DNA of 64,000 nt from a virus, in the IMG/VR virus record IMGVR_UViG_3300022555_000009. The stretch is one strand, 5' to 3'. The notes beneath the pieces were generated by a model that was not told where the DNA came from, ran no database searches, and saw only the letters and a program-made list of their open reading frames with translations. Position numbers and translations under genes: made by a program. Shown here in pieces: positions 45,093 through 54,527 of the stretch. Position 1 is the stretch's first letter. Every line of letters starts with the position of its first letter.

Positions 45093-45494
45093 TTGGGGGA
45101 TTTGATGACAAGCGAGAGAGAACAATATCTTGTCGAAATGTACTCTAAGCTTTTTCCTCCTATGCCAAATATCCGACGGTTTGGTTTCGAGCATGGCGAC
45201 GGCTGGTTTGGACTTATCGAAGGTCTCTGTAAGGAGATCGATTCCTTGGGCGATATCGGCTTCGAATTCGACCAGATCAAGGAAAAGTTCGGCTCCTTAC
45301 GCATCTACTACCACGGCGTAAATGATATGCTCAGAAGCCGACTCGTGGATTACCTAATTGATAAGTATGAGAACATGAGCAAGTCAACCTGCGAGGAATG
45401 TGGTGATGTTGCCCAGATAGAAAATGTCAACGGTTGGCTTACGACATTGTGTCCGTGTCATCTTGAATCGTTCAAGAGGGAGAGCCTCAAATGA
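45093..45494 (+). CDS. Conserved phage hypothetical protein
   Basis: GDGW..LI, QIKEKFGSLRIY, CEECG and GWLTTLC motifs. Confidence 0.65.
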   Translation: MGDLMTSEREQYLVEMYSKLFPPMPNIRRFGFEHGDGWFGLIEGLCKEIDSLGDIGFEFDQIKEKFGSLRIYYHGVNDMLRSRLVDYLIDKYENMSKSTCEECGDVAQIENVNGWLTTLCPCHLESFKRESLK

Positions 45495-45817
45495 AGCGGT
45501 TGTTTTTAATTCTTACTATATCTCTTTTCTCCATGTACCTGTTTGCTCAAGATCCCTTTATCGGTAAGACATTTCGCGTAGAATGTATGCCGCCAGATTT
45601 GGTCACAGCCACGCTCATAAAGGTGTATCCAGATTGGATGCGCTTTTTGAATGACAAAGGTGTGACCAAGTCTTATCCTTATCGAGTCAGTGAAAACTTG
45701 GTGTGGATCAGCAATATGGCGTACAGGTTCAAGACTCTGAAGACAGGGGTTGAACTGGTGCCATGTTTTGATTTCGCGGAGTACAAATCTCTGAAGCTTA
45801 TTGAGGTAAAGAAGTGA
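45491..45817 (+). CDS. Secreted hypothetical protein
   Basis: Signal-peptide-like N-terminus. Confidence 0.5.
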   Translation: MKRLFLILTISLFSMYLFAQDPFIGKTFRVECMPPDLVTATLIKVYPDWMRFLNDKGVTKSYPYRVSENLVWISNMAYRFKTLKTGVELVPCFDFAEYKSLKLIEVKK

Positions 45818-45991
45818 TCAAAGCTACTATCATTTTCGACAATAAGATGGCCTCGAGCATGGGGCATTATTACTTAACTGCAGGTCAATATGAAAATCTA
45901 GACCTACTATAAATAAAGGATTTTCAGGATGGCAACCTTAACTCGCCAGAGTTCTTTTCCAGTAAGACTTAAACCGTGTCTAGGTTCTAAA

Positions 45992-46027
45992 AATCCCGCT
46001 TCCCCTAACACGAGGCGGGATTTTTTC
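45992..46027 (+). terminator. Rho-independent terminator
   Basis: AATCCCGC/GCGGGATT hairpin followed by a T-run. Confidence 0.7.
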
Positions 46028-46053
46028 TTTATACTAATTCAAAGAGGGTGTAA

Positions 46054-46482
46054 ATGCGAATATCTGCCGGATTGATCCTATATACAAAAAATAAAGAGAT
46101 GTTGGCATGTATACCTTACGGTAAAGCTAAGTTTAATCATAATAACCTTGACCTTCCTAAGGGTGGTATTGAACCAGGAGAATCTCCTAAGGAAGGTGTT
46201 GTTCGAGAGGTCAAGGAAGAGACAGGATTGGACGTATCGAAGTGGGACCTCGTAGACGTAGGTGAATTTCCTTACATGGAAGAGAAAAGGTTACATCTAT
46301 TTATTTGTAAGGTGCCCAATTTAAACTTTGTGTCGGCCTTGAGTTGTCACTCCACCTTTAGTTACTTTGGTCGTATAGTTCCGGAGCATGTAGGCTACCG
46401 GGTTATAAAGTTTGAAGATATAAGGACCTCCTTCTATCGGAAGTTAGTTCCTATTTTAGAGAAAATATGTCAGAAGCTGTGA
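46054..46482 (+). CDS. NUDIX hydrolase
   Basis: PKGGIEPGESPKEGVVREVKEETG Nudix box. Confidence 0.9.
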   Translation: MRISAGLILYTKNKEMLACIPYGKAKFNHNNLDLPKGGIEPGESPKEGVVREVKEETGLDVSKWDLVDVGEFPYMEEKRLHLFICKVPNLNFVSALSCHSTFSYFGRIVPEHVGYRVIKFEDIRTSFYRKLVPILEKICQKL

Positions 46483-46497
46483 GGATATAATATATTT

Positions 46498-46782
46498 ATG
46501 AAGCCCATACACGACGTCTACCGCGATTTTATCAATGACCCCAGAACCCTGACCAACTTGACAGCCATGGGATTCTCCCATGTGTGTGAACAAAAGCAGC
46601 AGGGGTTTACTACTATGGAATTTGTTCCAGGACAAGGATTGGTGGAAGTAACGTCCTTCGATTATGGGAGTAGATATAAAGCCTTAACTTCGATGCTGTT
46701 GACTCTTATTCAGACCGAGTACCCGGAGTTCCTTGTATCTCCAGAGGATTTAAAAAGTGACAGTTCTAATAGATCTGGATAA
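46498..46782 (+). CDS. Hypothetical protein
   Basis: ORF within the operon. Confidence 0.45.
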   Translation: MKPIHDVYRDFINDPRTLTNLTAMGFSHVCEQKQQGFTTMEFVPGQGLVEVTSFDYGSRYKALTSMLLTLIQTEYPEFLVSPEDLKSDSSNRSG

Positions 46783-47308
46783 TACTTGTAATGATTTCAC
46801 CGGCTTGTTTATCAAGTGGGTCGAAAAATTAGGTTACGAGTTTGATTATGATAAATACGATTCCTGGGATATTGAGGATGCTATCGTCGCAGATAATCCC
46901 AGGAAAGTTTTAGCTGAGATTCTTGACAATCTTAAGTTCTGGGATGAGCTGACGCCCCTGCCTGGGTGTGTCGAAGCCATGAGAAAAATCAATAGCAAGT
47001 ATACTGTAAAAATAGTCACGATCCCCTGGAAGCCTGAATCTGCGTTTCAAAATCAAAAGAAAAAATGGGTCCGCAAGTACTTCCCCTTCATATCAAATAA
47101 TCAAATCTCTTTCGAATCTAAAAAATGGTTAGTAGATGGCGATGTCATTATAGACGATAAACCTGCTATTCTTAAAAAATCTGCCGACCTAAAACTAACT
47201 ATAAAGCACATACAGCCTTACAACGAAGATACTGACACGGACTATGAATTTTCTAACTGGTCTGAGGTTCCTAGCATTCTAAGAAAAGCTGAGAAGGACT
47301 TGGCATAA
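46757..47308 (+). CDS. 5'(3')-deoxyribonucleotidase (HAD family)
   Basis: IDLDNT, KKKWV, IIDD and PYN motifs. Confidence 0.85.
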   Translation: MTVLIDLDNTCNDFTGLFIKWVEKLGYEFDYDKYDSWDIEDAIVADNPRKVLAEILDNLKFWDELTPLPGCVEAMRKINSKYTVKIVTIPWKPESAFQNQKKKWVRKYFPFISNNQISFESKKWLVDGDVIIDDKPAILKKSADLKLTIKHIQPYNEDTDTDYEFSNWSEVPSILRKAEKDLA

Positions 47309-47352
47309 TTTTCTACAAATCTCTCTATATTAAAAATTAAGAGGATATACTC

Positions 47353-47628
47353 ATGGTCAAAGACAGCTCCGGTATGCACTTCGATTCTTGGGATCGAGCT
47401 ATAGATTACTTATCTCAAAATAACATAGGGCTAAAAATCAATAGAAATAAGTACTTATGGGTATGGAATGAAAACACTGAGTCCATAAGTTACTTAGGTG
47501 AAGAAGGGGACGACGATAATCTCCTACGAGCTCTGGAAAGAGCTATAGACAACCTCTTCTATAAGGTAGAAACAGGTCGACTAGGAAAAACAATTGGTGA
47601 AGATATTTCAGGAGAAATAAATGTATAA
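47353..47628 (+). CDS. Hypothetical protein
   Basis: GAGG RBS. Confidence 0.5.
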   Translation: MVKDSSGMHFDSWDRAIDYLSQNNIGLKINRNKYLWVWNENTESISYLGEEGDDDNLLRALERAIDNLFYKVETGRLGKTIGEDISGEINV

Positions 47629-48166
47629 TATTACGAAAGAGTTTGAATTCGCCTACGCTCATAGAATCTGGAATCAGAAATTAAATGGCCCACAAAGTCT
47701 CAATGCTAAGCCTAAGTGTAGAAACATACACGGACATAATGCTAGAGTTATTGTGGCCCTAAGTTCGCCAGGACTACAAAGCCATGGTGTGGTCCTGGAT
47801 TATAACGAGCTAAACTTCTTCAAGAAGTTCCTAGATGAGGTTCTTGATCACAAGTACATCATCGATGAGTCAGACCCTCTTCTTCCTCAAGATGTGCTTA
47901 TGAGAAATAAGTCTTCCTACAAAGTATTCGACACCTCTAATTTTCGAGAGAGCTGGGGGCGTGATGTAGATGATTTCGATCAGCCCCATCTAGAGTATCT
48001 CGAGTCCTTTGTAATTGTTCCTTTCGTTCCTACCTCTGAAAACTTGGCCAAATGGTTGTTTGAGAACATTGAGCAGTATTTGGGCAAGATGGTGGCTAGT
48101 GTTACGTTCTCTGAGTCTGCAAAGACGACAGCAACTTACTTCAAAGATATATCGGCAGGAGCTTAA
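47621..48166 (+). CDS. queD: 6-carboxy-5,6,7,8-tetrahydropterin synthase
   Basis: FAYAHR, CRNIHGHN, LDH, PTSENLA and ES motifs. Confidence 0.9.
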   Translation: MYNITKEFEFAYAHRIWNQKLNGPQSLNAKPKCRNIHGHNARVIVALSSPGLQSHGVVLDYNELNFFKKFLDEVLDHKYIIDESDPLLPQDVLMRNKSSYKVFDTSNFRESWGRDVDDFDQPHLEYLESFVIVPFVPTSENLAKWLFENIEQYLGKMVASVTFSESAKTTATYFKDISAGA

Positions 48167-48167
48167 A

Positions 48168-48449
48168 ATGAGTAAAAATACAGCAGATCAACTAGTGAAG
48201 TGTCCTGTGTGCAACGCGATGTCTTATCCCTTGGTTAATAAATCTCAAATAGATTTTCTTAAGGATGGCGAAGAGATTCTTCTTATGTGTGGAGCCTGTA
48301 AGCGGATCATGAATCCCTTCTTCAAATTGTTTCAGAAGTATGCTGCAGAGTTTGAGGAGCTGAAGAAAGCAACAGATCCTGAACCAGAGGAAAAGCAAGA
48401 GGAATTTGAAAAGACCGAAGAGGCAAAGGTAGCTACTACCGATGTTTGA
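48168..48449 (+). CDS. Small Zn-ribbon protein
   Basis: CPVC and CGAC motifs; AGGAG RBS. Confidence 0.55.
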   Translation: MSKNTADQLVKCPVCNAMSYPLVNKSQIDFLKDGEEILLMCGACKRIMNPFFKLFQKYAAEFEELKKATDPEPEEKQEEFEKTEEAKVATTDV

Positions 48450-49269
48450 GCATAATATGCCTCCAGTGAGGTTTGCATTCATAGAGGGATATGAATCTTT
48501 TCCTCCTAGAAGAGGAACACCTGATTCTGCAGGGATGGATGTATATATTCCAATGTTTAACGACGCTTTCAATTTTGAATTCTTGGACAAGAATCAAGAT
48601 CACAATAAAAGAGCTTTAATCGTTTCTTCAGCCGACAAGATTATAGTAAAGGCTGGTGGACATATTCTTATCCCCACAGGGTTGAAATTAGATATTCCCA
48701 AAGGCACATATATTGACGTGTGCACCAAGTCAGGTCACTTCGCTAATTTCGGGATGAAGGTTGGCAGTCATGTTATCGATGCCGACTACCAGGGACAAGT
48801 TTACATATCCTTGTTTAATACCAACCCATACGAAGTACTTTTAGTACCAGGCAAAGCATGCGCCCAACTTATACATAAGCCCTGCATTATTCAAGACTGG
48901 GAGTTTACCACTGAAGACCACTTACATGAAGTCACGTCAGTGAGAGGCACTGGGGGTTTCGGTAGCACAGGAGAATCGGGCGGGAACGATGGAAGTTTCG
49001 ATCCTTCAGCTTTACCAAATCACCTGAGGCGAGCGCCGTCTCTAAAGAATACTCTCGGCAAACCAGTGAAAGAACAGCGAGAAACTCCTGCTGACAAATT
49101 AAGACCTCCTCCTGATACTCCGGAGGAGATTCGAAAAGCCCTCGCGAATAAAAAGGGATCTAATATGGTTGATGGGGTTGATATTAGTTCGTGGGAAGGT
49201 TCGTGGGAAGAGGAAGATCAGCTAAGCCAAGATATAGACTGGGCTGACGAAGCTCGTCGGGTACTCTGA
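48442..49269 (+). CDS. dut: dUTPase with C-terminal extension
   Basis: AGMD, PTGL, KSG, VIDADYQG, AQLI and RGTGGFGSTG motifs. Confidence 0.9.
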   Translation: MFEHNMPPVRFAFIEGYESFPPRRGTPDSAGMDVYIPMFNDAFNFEFLDKNQDHNKRALIVSSADKIIVKAGGHILIPTGLKLDIPKGTYIDVCTKSGHFANFGMKVGSHVIDADYQGQVYISLFNTNPYEVLLVPGKACAQLIHKPCIIQDWEFTTEDHLHEVTSVRGTGGFGSTGESGGNDGSFDPSALPNHLRRAPSLKNTLGKPVKEQRETPADKLRPPPDTPEEIRKALANKKGSNMVDGVDISSWEGSWEEEDQLSQDIDWADEARRVL

Positions 49270-50072
49270 TGGGAGCTTCCTACAGCTACAGTAAGATAGG
49301 AACTTTTGAGTCTTGCCCTCTTGCCTATGATCTGCAGTACGTCAGAAAAATTAAGTTGCTAAAAGACTTCGACTACGACGTCATTAAGGGAATAATCTTT
49401 CATCATTACGCAGAAGTATACAAGGGAAATTCTAGGGAGGCAGCAGATAAAGCTTTCCATGAACCAGAAGAAGTAAAGCCAGAGTTTCTTCAAATGATAA
49501 CTCCAGTACAGCACAAGGCTATACAAGAAGCATTCGCCTCTTTTAATCACTTTTATGATACCTTCTTAAAGTCCCGAGAAAACTTTACCATGAAGGAATT
49601 TAGAATTTCTAGTAAGACTCCAAAAGGTCATACCTTCACGGGCTTCTTAGACCTAGTGGTCTTGCAGCCTAAGGAATACTGGATTATAGATTATAAGACT
49701 CCGAAGGGGTCAAAAGCTTCCTTTTATTCAGGCCAGCTGTACACGTATATCCATTACATTATGGAGAAGTATAAGATACCAGTAGAAGAAGTGCGAGCTG
49801 GAGTATTCTTTCCTTTCGCTACGGATGTCAAAAGTGATGATGATAGATTTAAAGAAATAAAAGTCACAGGCAAAAAGATAGAGGAGCAGATAACCAAATT
49901 AGACGACACCATTGCTTTATTGGAGTCGCCCGATAGATCCAAGGAAGCTAATATGCAATGGCTTTGTAACTACTGCCAGTATAAAGGTGTCCAAGAATTG
50001 TGTCCTCTATCAGTAATCGCAGGCGCCAGGCCTGTGAAGCACTATGACGAAATTACAAAAACTCTAACCTGA
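49269..50072 (+). CDS. PD-(D/E)xK / Cas4-RecB-like exonuclease
   Basis: SYSK...CP, GFLD, IIDYKT, QLYTY and C..C motifs. Confidence 0.8.
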   Translation: MGASYSYSKIGTFESCPLAYDLQYVRKIKLLKDFDYDVIKGIIFHHYAEVYKGNSREAADKAFHEPEEVKPEFLQMITPVQHKAIQEAFASFNHFYDTFLKSRENFTMKEFRISSKTPKGHTFTGFLDLVVLQPKEYWIIDYKTPKGSKASFYSGQLYTYIHYIMEKYKIPVEEVRAGVFFPFATDVKSDDDRFKEIKVTGKKIEEQITKLDDTIALLESPDRSKEANMQWLCNYCQYKGVQELCPLSVIAGARPVKHYDEITKTLT

Positions 50073-50100
50073 TTTGTACTGTCGCACTGGCTAAGTCAGG

Positions 50101-50130
50101 AAGGTCCCTAGCAATACTAGGGACCTTTTT
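50101..50130. terminator. Terminator between convergent genes
   Basis: AAGGTCCCTAG/CTAGGGACCTT hairpin. Confidence 0.7.
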
Positions 50131-53100
50131 TATGCTGGTGCTCCTTCCGAAAGAACAAATCCTATTTTAGATATAAAGGCCTGAGCGCTATCTTTCAATT
50201 GTTTGGGAGTCAAAATAATATTATTGTCATCCCACACCTGAGTTAAACATCGAGGTTCCGTCGCTAATTTCATCCTAGCCAAGTACACTGCCCCGGCTAC
50301 AGCGTCTGAGACGTCCTTCGCATTTATACCTAAAAGTGAGGTGTCCCAGTTTGTATCTGCGCCATTGGGATTAATAGTATCTCCTGGAGTATGATCTACT
50401 TTTAAAGTCCTTGTTTCCTTTCGCTGGACAATACGTAAGCTACGTAAATTATTCTTAAAGAAAATATTACGCCCTATTTTTAAATTACCTTGTTCGATTA
50501 ATTGAGTCAAGAACAAGTAAGGATCCATAGTCTTATCTACTGACAACTGTTCCATCTCTACACCATAACGCTCCAGGAACTGAATATTAGCCTCTGACTG
50601 AAAACTATCAAAGGAACCAAATTCTATTGGCATATTGCCTTCAGATATAAAATCAGTTATGCATTCCTTAATGGAGTCCAGATTAATTCGGCCACCAAAA
50701 GGATGGATAGGTATAACAGCATCAATAACATATACGAGATCAGTTAATAAATCAAAAGCTTTTCCAGTAACTGCAGAGTCATATTTCTTTTCGACATGAC
50801 AAAAAGCTATGGCTGCCATGTCTCCCGATATAGCTTGGTCAACATGAAATACTCTGGGAATTGTAGGCTTATAGTAGAAGTAATATCTATCACCAGATTT
50901 AATGAAGAAGGTATTTTTGACCTGATTCCATATCAATTTCTGCGGTGCCATTTTAGCATCGGATTTGATACAGGTATAGAGAGATTTTAATTGGTCAAAG
51001 AAACAATTCTCTATCTTATCCACTTGATAGAATAATTTATCTATGGAGCCTTGAGGAATACCTGCAGTGTTCTTTAAAGCCTCGACTATATTATCCTTAA
51101 ACAACTGCTCAATCTCTCTGGGCACCATTATAATGTCAGAAGGGTCGTATCCTTCTGTTGAATATAGTATCTCTGGCGGCTTACCATTACTACCCTTAAA
51201 TACAGGGAACTTGTCATCTAAGTTTTTAAAGTCCTCAGGGGCCCATTCCCATCTAGACCCCTTCACTACGTAATTGGTTTTATCTTTGCTCGCTTCAAAC
51301 ATGCAATACTTATCAATAGGAGACTCGAGATCGTTAGGAGAGGAGTCCAAGATAGACCGGCCCCAGAATTTACCGAGAGGCGTCTTATCCATACGAGAAC
51401 CAATACGTTCTTTTAATGACGTATAGAATTTCATTATGTATTCGTCACTGTTGGATGTAACAATAAAGTCATTAGCTAAAAATAGATGATCTTCATCCTC
51501 TATAGTGATGCATTGAGTTTCTTCCGACTCAATCTCTTTAATAGAGGAAAGTCTTAAGATCTGGCGATGACTCCGCTGCTTGCCTCTCCAGTACTCATCT
51601 ATCCTTTTTTGTTTTCTACTCATCTTGAATAGAGGGATAGAGTTATCTTTAAAATGAATACAAACATGGTAGCCGTCGAAAAATATCTGCTCTCTTTTCT
51701 TTTGCATACTTAAAGTTGCAAAAGCCCCCAAACTTCTAGCTAAATATACCACGTCTTCGGCCAAGGTTTTTGATACTGAGGAGAATACACCGCCTCCCTT
51801 GTTGACAGATCCATCGGTATCCATTAAGCCCTGCAATAATTCTATTCGATTAAGAATGGAATCATATAGATATTCTTTGGGGATAAATTTATCATTGCTT
51901 CTCTTGTCGACCAGCCCTAATTTAATTATTTCTTCAGCATACAAATTTTTAATCTTAGTATTTTTTTCTTTTTTAATTATTCTAATATATCTACTAGGAT
52001 ATCCGCTGAAAGACCAGGTATAGTCTTTATTCAGGTCTTTTGATACATTTAAAATACTCTCTTCCCTATCACCGTCAGAGCCCACGGACAAGATAAAAGT
52101 ATTGTGTCTAAAACTCCCGTCTCCTAAGGCAAACCCCATAATATATGGGGCTATGAAGTGACTTTTTTCGTTAAAGGGGGCGGGCTTAGACAGAGGAATA
52201 CCCCACATATTTTTTAGGTTTGTAGATCCTTCAAATATTTCTTGAGTTGTTTTTTTATACCAGTATCTATCTTTTTTTATTATCCACTCGTGTTCTGGAT
52301 TTGCTTTTATTTCTCTTCCATCTGAAAATACTAGTTTAAAGACTCTCGTTTTTCCCTGGGGGATTACTCGGGAAACTTTTGAGACAGTACCCTTATGGGT
52401 AAGAACACTGTCTCCTACTTGTATATCTCTCATCAATGTAAATCCAGACGGAGTGATTACTTCACTATCCATTGATAGTGCTTTGCCTGCCTCCCTGAAG
52501 AAGGCTAACTCCGTCATTGTTCCTGCGACAACCGTCAATCCTAAGAGATTATGTACGGATGATATGAGTTTAATATTTGTATTGTTGCTAAATTGTATAG
52601 CTGAAGTACCATTAGGAGAAGCTGTTGTCCAATAGATTCTATCGATAGAAGTTTTTCGCTGATAATCCTTTTCCATCTTAATCATGTCTTCTTTTGTTCT
52701 TACTTTTTCGAAGAAATCAGATACTTCTAGAAGACTTGTAAATGGCTCCAAGAGTACTTCTGAGGCCTTCTTCAGGGAGTAAGACGCTAAGACTATAGCT
52801 AGCTGAGCAGAGGGTGCCTGAGCGAATGTCCTCTTAGCGTCTCTCATCATAGAAAGATGTGTTATGATGTATAAGTTTATAAGAACGGCGAGGGTAGAGT
52901 TATGTGTTACGGTATAATCGTCGACAAGAAATAGTTTTTCGTCTCCGCTTACCTCTATGCACAGACCCTCATCGTTAGGAGTTCGCTCAATCTTTTTTAG
53001 ATAAAGATACATAGGCTTTCTTTTAATTCGGCTTCTATTGAAGTGATTGTCGATCAGTATTTGCTTTCTAAGAAGTGAGAAGATAGGAAAACTATTAGTT

Positions 53101-54371
53101 GGAAAAGTAATAAAAATTACATACCCCTCTTTTCCATTTTCACAGTGGGGCCGCTTTCTGCTGTCTACATGATATGAAGATTTGCCTCCGAGGCCTCGAA
53201 CCAAAGTAAGCATATTATCTCTTAAAAAGGGACTGGTAGTATAATAAGAGGCGAGTCCTGATCTCTTCGACACAGTTCCATCTGTGTCCATCAGACCTTG
53301 TAATAGTGCTATTCTATTGGCTAGGCTATCATACAAGTATTCTTCGGGAATAAACTTAGTATGACTTCGAGTACGCCTCAAATCCAATCTCTCTAGTTCT
53401 ACTTTATAAAGATTCAGAGTAGATTTTTCCTGAACCAAAGTTGTTATATAATTACAAGACGCATTAGGTCGCGTGTGAGTAAAAACTCCCTCAGGCACTT
53501 CAGATTTGATTCTAGAATGGATTTCCAGGTCATCCCCACAAAGAAATAGCGTGTTACCAAAATGACCGCCACCGAGGAGTGCTCCTAGGGTGTAAGAAGG
53601 TATGACGTGAATCCGCTGCTTATGTTCTACAGGATTCGTGAGAGGAATAAACCACCGTGCCTTGGGATTTTTTTCAATATCTTTTAGGATTTCACGAGAT
53701 GATATTATTTTCCAACAAGGTTCCGGATACGCTGTTTTTATATATTTTTTTTGAGATGAGTCCCATCTCTTTGTATTATATGATTTTGCGGCTTTCCAAT
53801 AGTGATCCAGTCCCGATGAGACCGATCGCCCATCTGCAAACTGCATATCGCAGAACTCATCATTAGACCAAGTCGCCCTGTTTATAACTCGGGCGATGTC
53901 GCCAGCAGGGGTACAAACTTCATCTCCCACACGTATATCATCTGCGATCTTATAGCCCTCAGGAGTACAAATCTTTGTCTTATAACGATTTATTTCTTTC
54001 CCCCAACCGATGTGAGGATACAAGACAGCATTTCTATATGAAGATTTAGGGTCCAAGAATTCTTGGAAGCATCTACTGATCTTAGGTTGTACCATAGGAG
54101 CCATTCTACCGATATACTTATCGGTAAGAAATTCCTCTGGCGCTGGTGGCCTATCTCTATAATTGATTCTCCAACTATTAGACATCAGGTATAACTTTTG
54201 CTGATTTGATAATTTGGGGTTATTTAGTATAAAATCTAAAGCTAATCCTATTTTCCTAAGATCCACGTTTTCAAATACTTGGTATTTATCAAGTAAACTA
54301 GTATCTCCAGATATAACATCTATTAAAACAGGAATGAGTTCTTTTTTATTGGTAATACGAGAAGCTTCCAT
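50130..54371 (-). CDS. Terminase large subunit with two inteins (~703 aa after splicing)
   Basis: Walker A GWGK|S split by an intein; RNase H-like HVDQAISGD, SFDSFQS, KVDH and KDVSDAVAG motifs. Confidence 0.85.
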   Translation of the reverse strand: MEASRITNKKELIPVLIDVISGDTSLLDKYQVFENVDLRKIGLALDFILNNPKLSNQQKLYLMSNSWRINYRDRPPAPEEFLTDKYIGRMAPMVQPKISRCFQEFLDPKSSYRNAVLYPHIGWGKEINRYKTKICTPEGYKIADDIRVGDEVCTPAGDIARVINRATWSNDEFCDMQFADGRSVSSGLDHYWKAAKSYNTKRWDSSQKKYIKTAYPEPCWKIISSREILKDIEKNPKARWFIPLTNPVEHKQRIHVIPSYTLGALLGGGHFGNTLFLCGDDLEIHSRIKSEVPEGVFTHTRPNASCNYITTLVQEKSTLNLYKVELERLDLRRTRSHTKFIPEEYLYDSLANRIALLQGLMDTDGTVSKRSGLASYYTTSPFLRDNMLTLVRGLGGKSSYHVDSRKRPHCENGKEGYVIFITFPTNSFPIFSLLRKQILIDNHFNRSRIKRKPMYLYLKKIERTPNDEGLCIEVSGDEKLFLVDDYTVTHNSTLAVLINLYIITHLSMMRDAKRTFAQAPSAQLAIVLASYSLKKASEVLLEPFTSLLEVSDFFEKVRTKEDMIKMEKDYQRKTSIDRIYWTTASPNGTSAIQFSNNTNIKLISSVHNLLGLTVVAGTMTELAFFREAGKALSMDSEVITPSGFTLMRDIQVGDSVLTHKGTVSKVSRVIPQGKTRVFKLVFSDGREIKANPEHEWIIKKDRYWYKKTTQEIFEGSTNLKNMWGIPLSKPAPFNEKSHFIAPYIMGFALGDGSFRHNTFILSVGSDGDREESILNVSKDLNKDYTWSFSGYPSRYIRIIKKEKNTKIKNLYAEEIIKLGLVDKRSNDKFIPKEYLYDSILNRIELLQGLMDTDGSVNKGGGVFSSVSKTLAEDVVYLARSLGAFATLSMQKKREQIFFDGYHVCIHFKDNSIPLFKMSRKQKRIDEYWRGKQRSHRQILRLSSIKEIESEETQCITIEDEDHLFLANDFIVTSNSDEYIMKFYTSLKERIGSRMDKTPLGKFWGRSILDSSPNDLESPIDKYCMFEASKDKTNYVVKGSRWEWAPEDFKNLDDKFPVFKGSNGKPPEILYSTEGYDPSDIIMVPREIEQLFKDNIVEALKNTAGIPQGSIDKLFYQVDKIENCFFDQLKSLYTCIKSDAKMAPQKLIWNQVKNTFFIKSGDRYYFYYKPTIPRVFHVDQAISGDMAAIAFCHVEKKYDSAVTGKAFDLLTDLVYVIDAVIPIHPFGGRINLDSIKECITDFISEGNMPIEFGSFDSFQSEANIQFLERYGVEMEQLSVDKTMDPYLFLTQLIEQGNLKIGRNIFFKNNLRSLRIVQRKETRTLKVDHTPGDTINPNGADTNWDTSLLGINAKDVSDAVAGAVYLARMKLATEPRCLTQVWDDNNIILTPKQLKDSAQAFISKIGFVLSEGAPA
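51450..52481 (-). mobile_element. Intein 2 (LAGLIDADG, class-3-type; begins with Ala, ends Ser-Asn)
   Basis: ALSMDSEVITP...EHEW...LLQGLMDTDG...QCITI...VTSN|S. Confidence 0.85.
52899..53996 (-). mobile_element. Intein 1 (LAGLIDADG, class-3-type; begins with Glu)
   Basis: EINRYKTKICTP...DHYW...LLQGLMDTDG...LCIEV...VTHN|S. Confidence 0.85.
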
Positions 54372-54380
54372 TTAATGTCC

Positions 54381-54400
54381 CACTAATTATATAGTTAGTG
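54381..54400. promoter_or_regulatory. Back-to-back putative late promoters
   Basis: CACTAATTATATAGTTAGTG gives ACTAA(T/C)TA on both strands between the divergent terminase and scaffold-like genes. Confidence 0.55.
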
Positions 54401-54527
54401 ATTCTTTTATTCCGCCTCATATAGGCACATCTAAATCTCAAATTATCTATATATGACTTGAGAAGAGCAATGTCTTTTATTTAAGAATTGCGAGAAGCAT
54501 AACAAACAATCTAAATGGAGGATTGCA

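Noticed and set aside
49269-50072. CRISPR-Cas system (Cas4-like gene)
   Set aside because: No repeat-spacer array or other cas genes; stand-alone Cas4-like nucleases are common in phages
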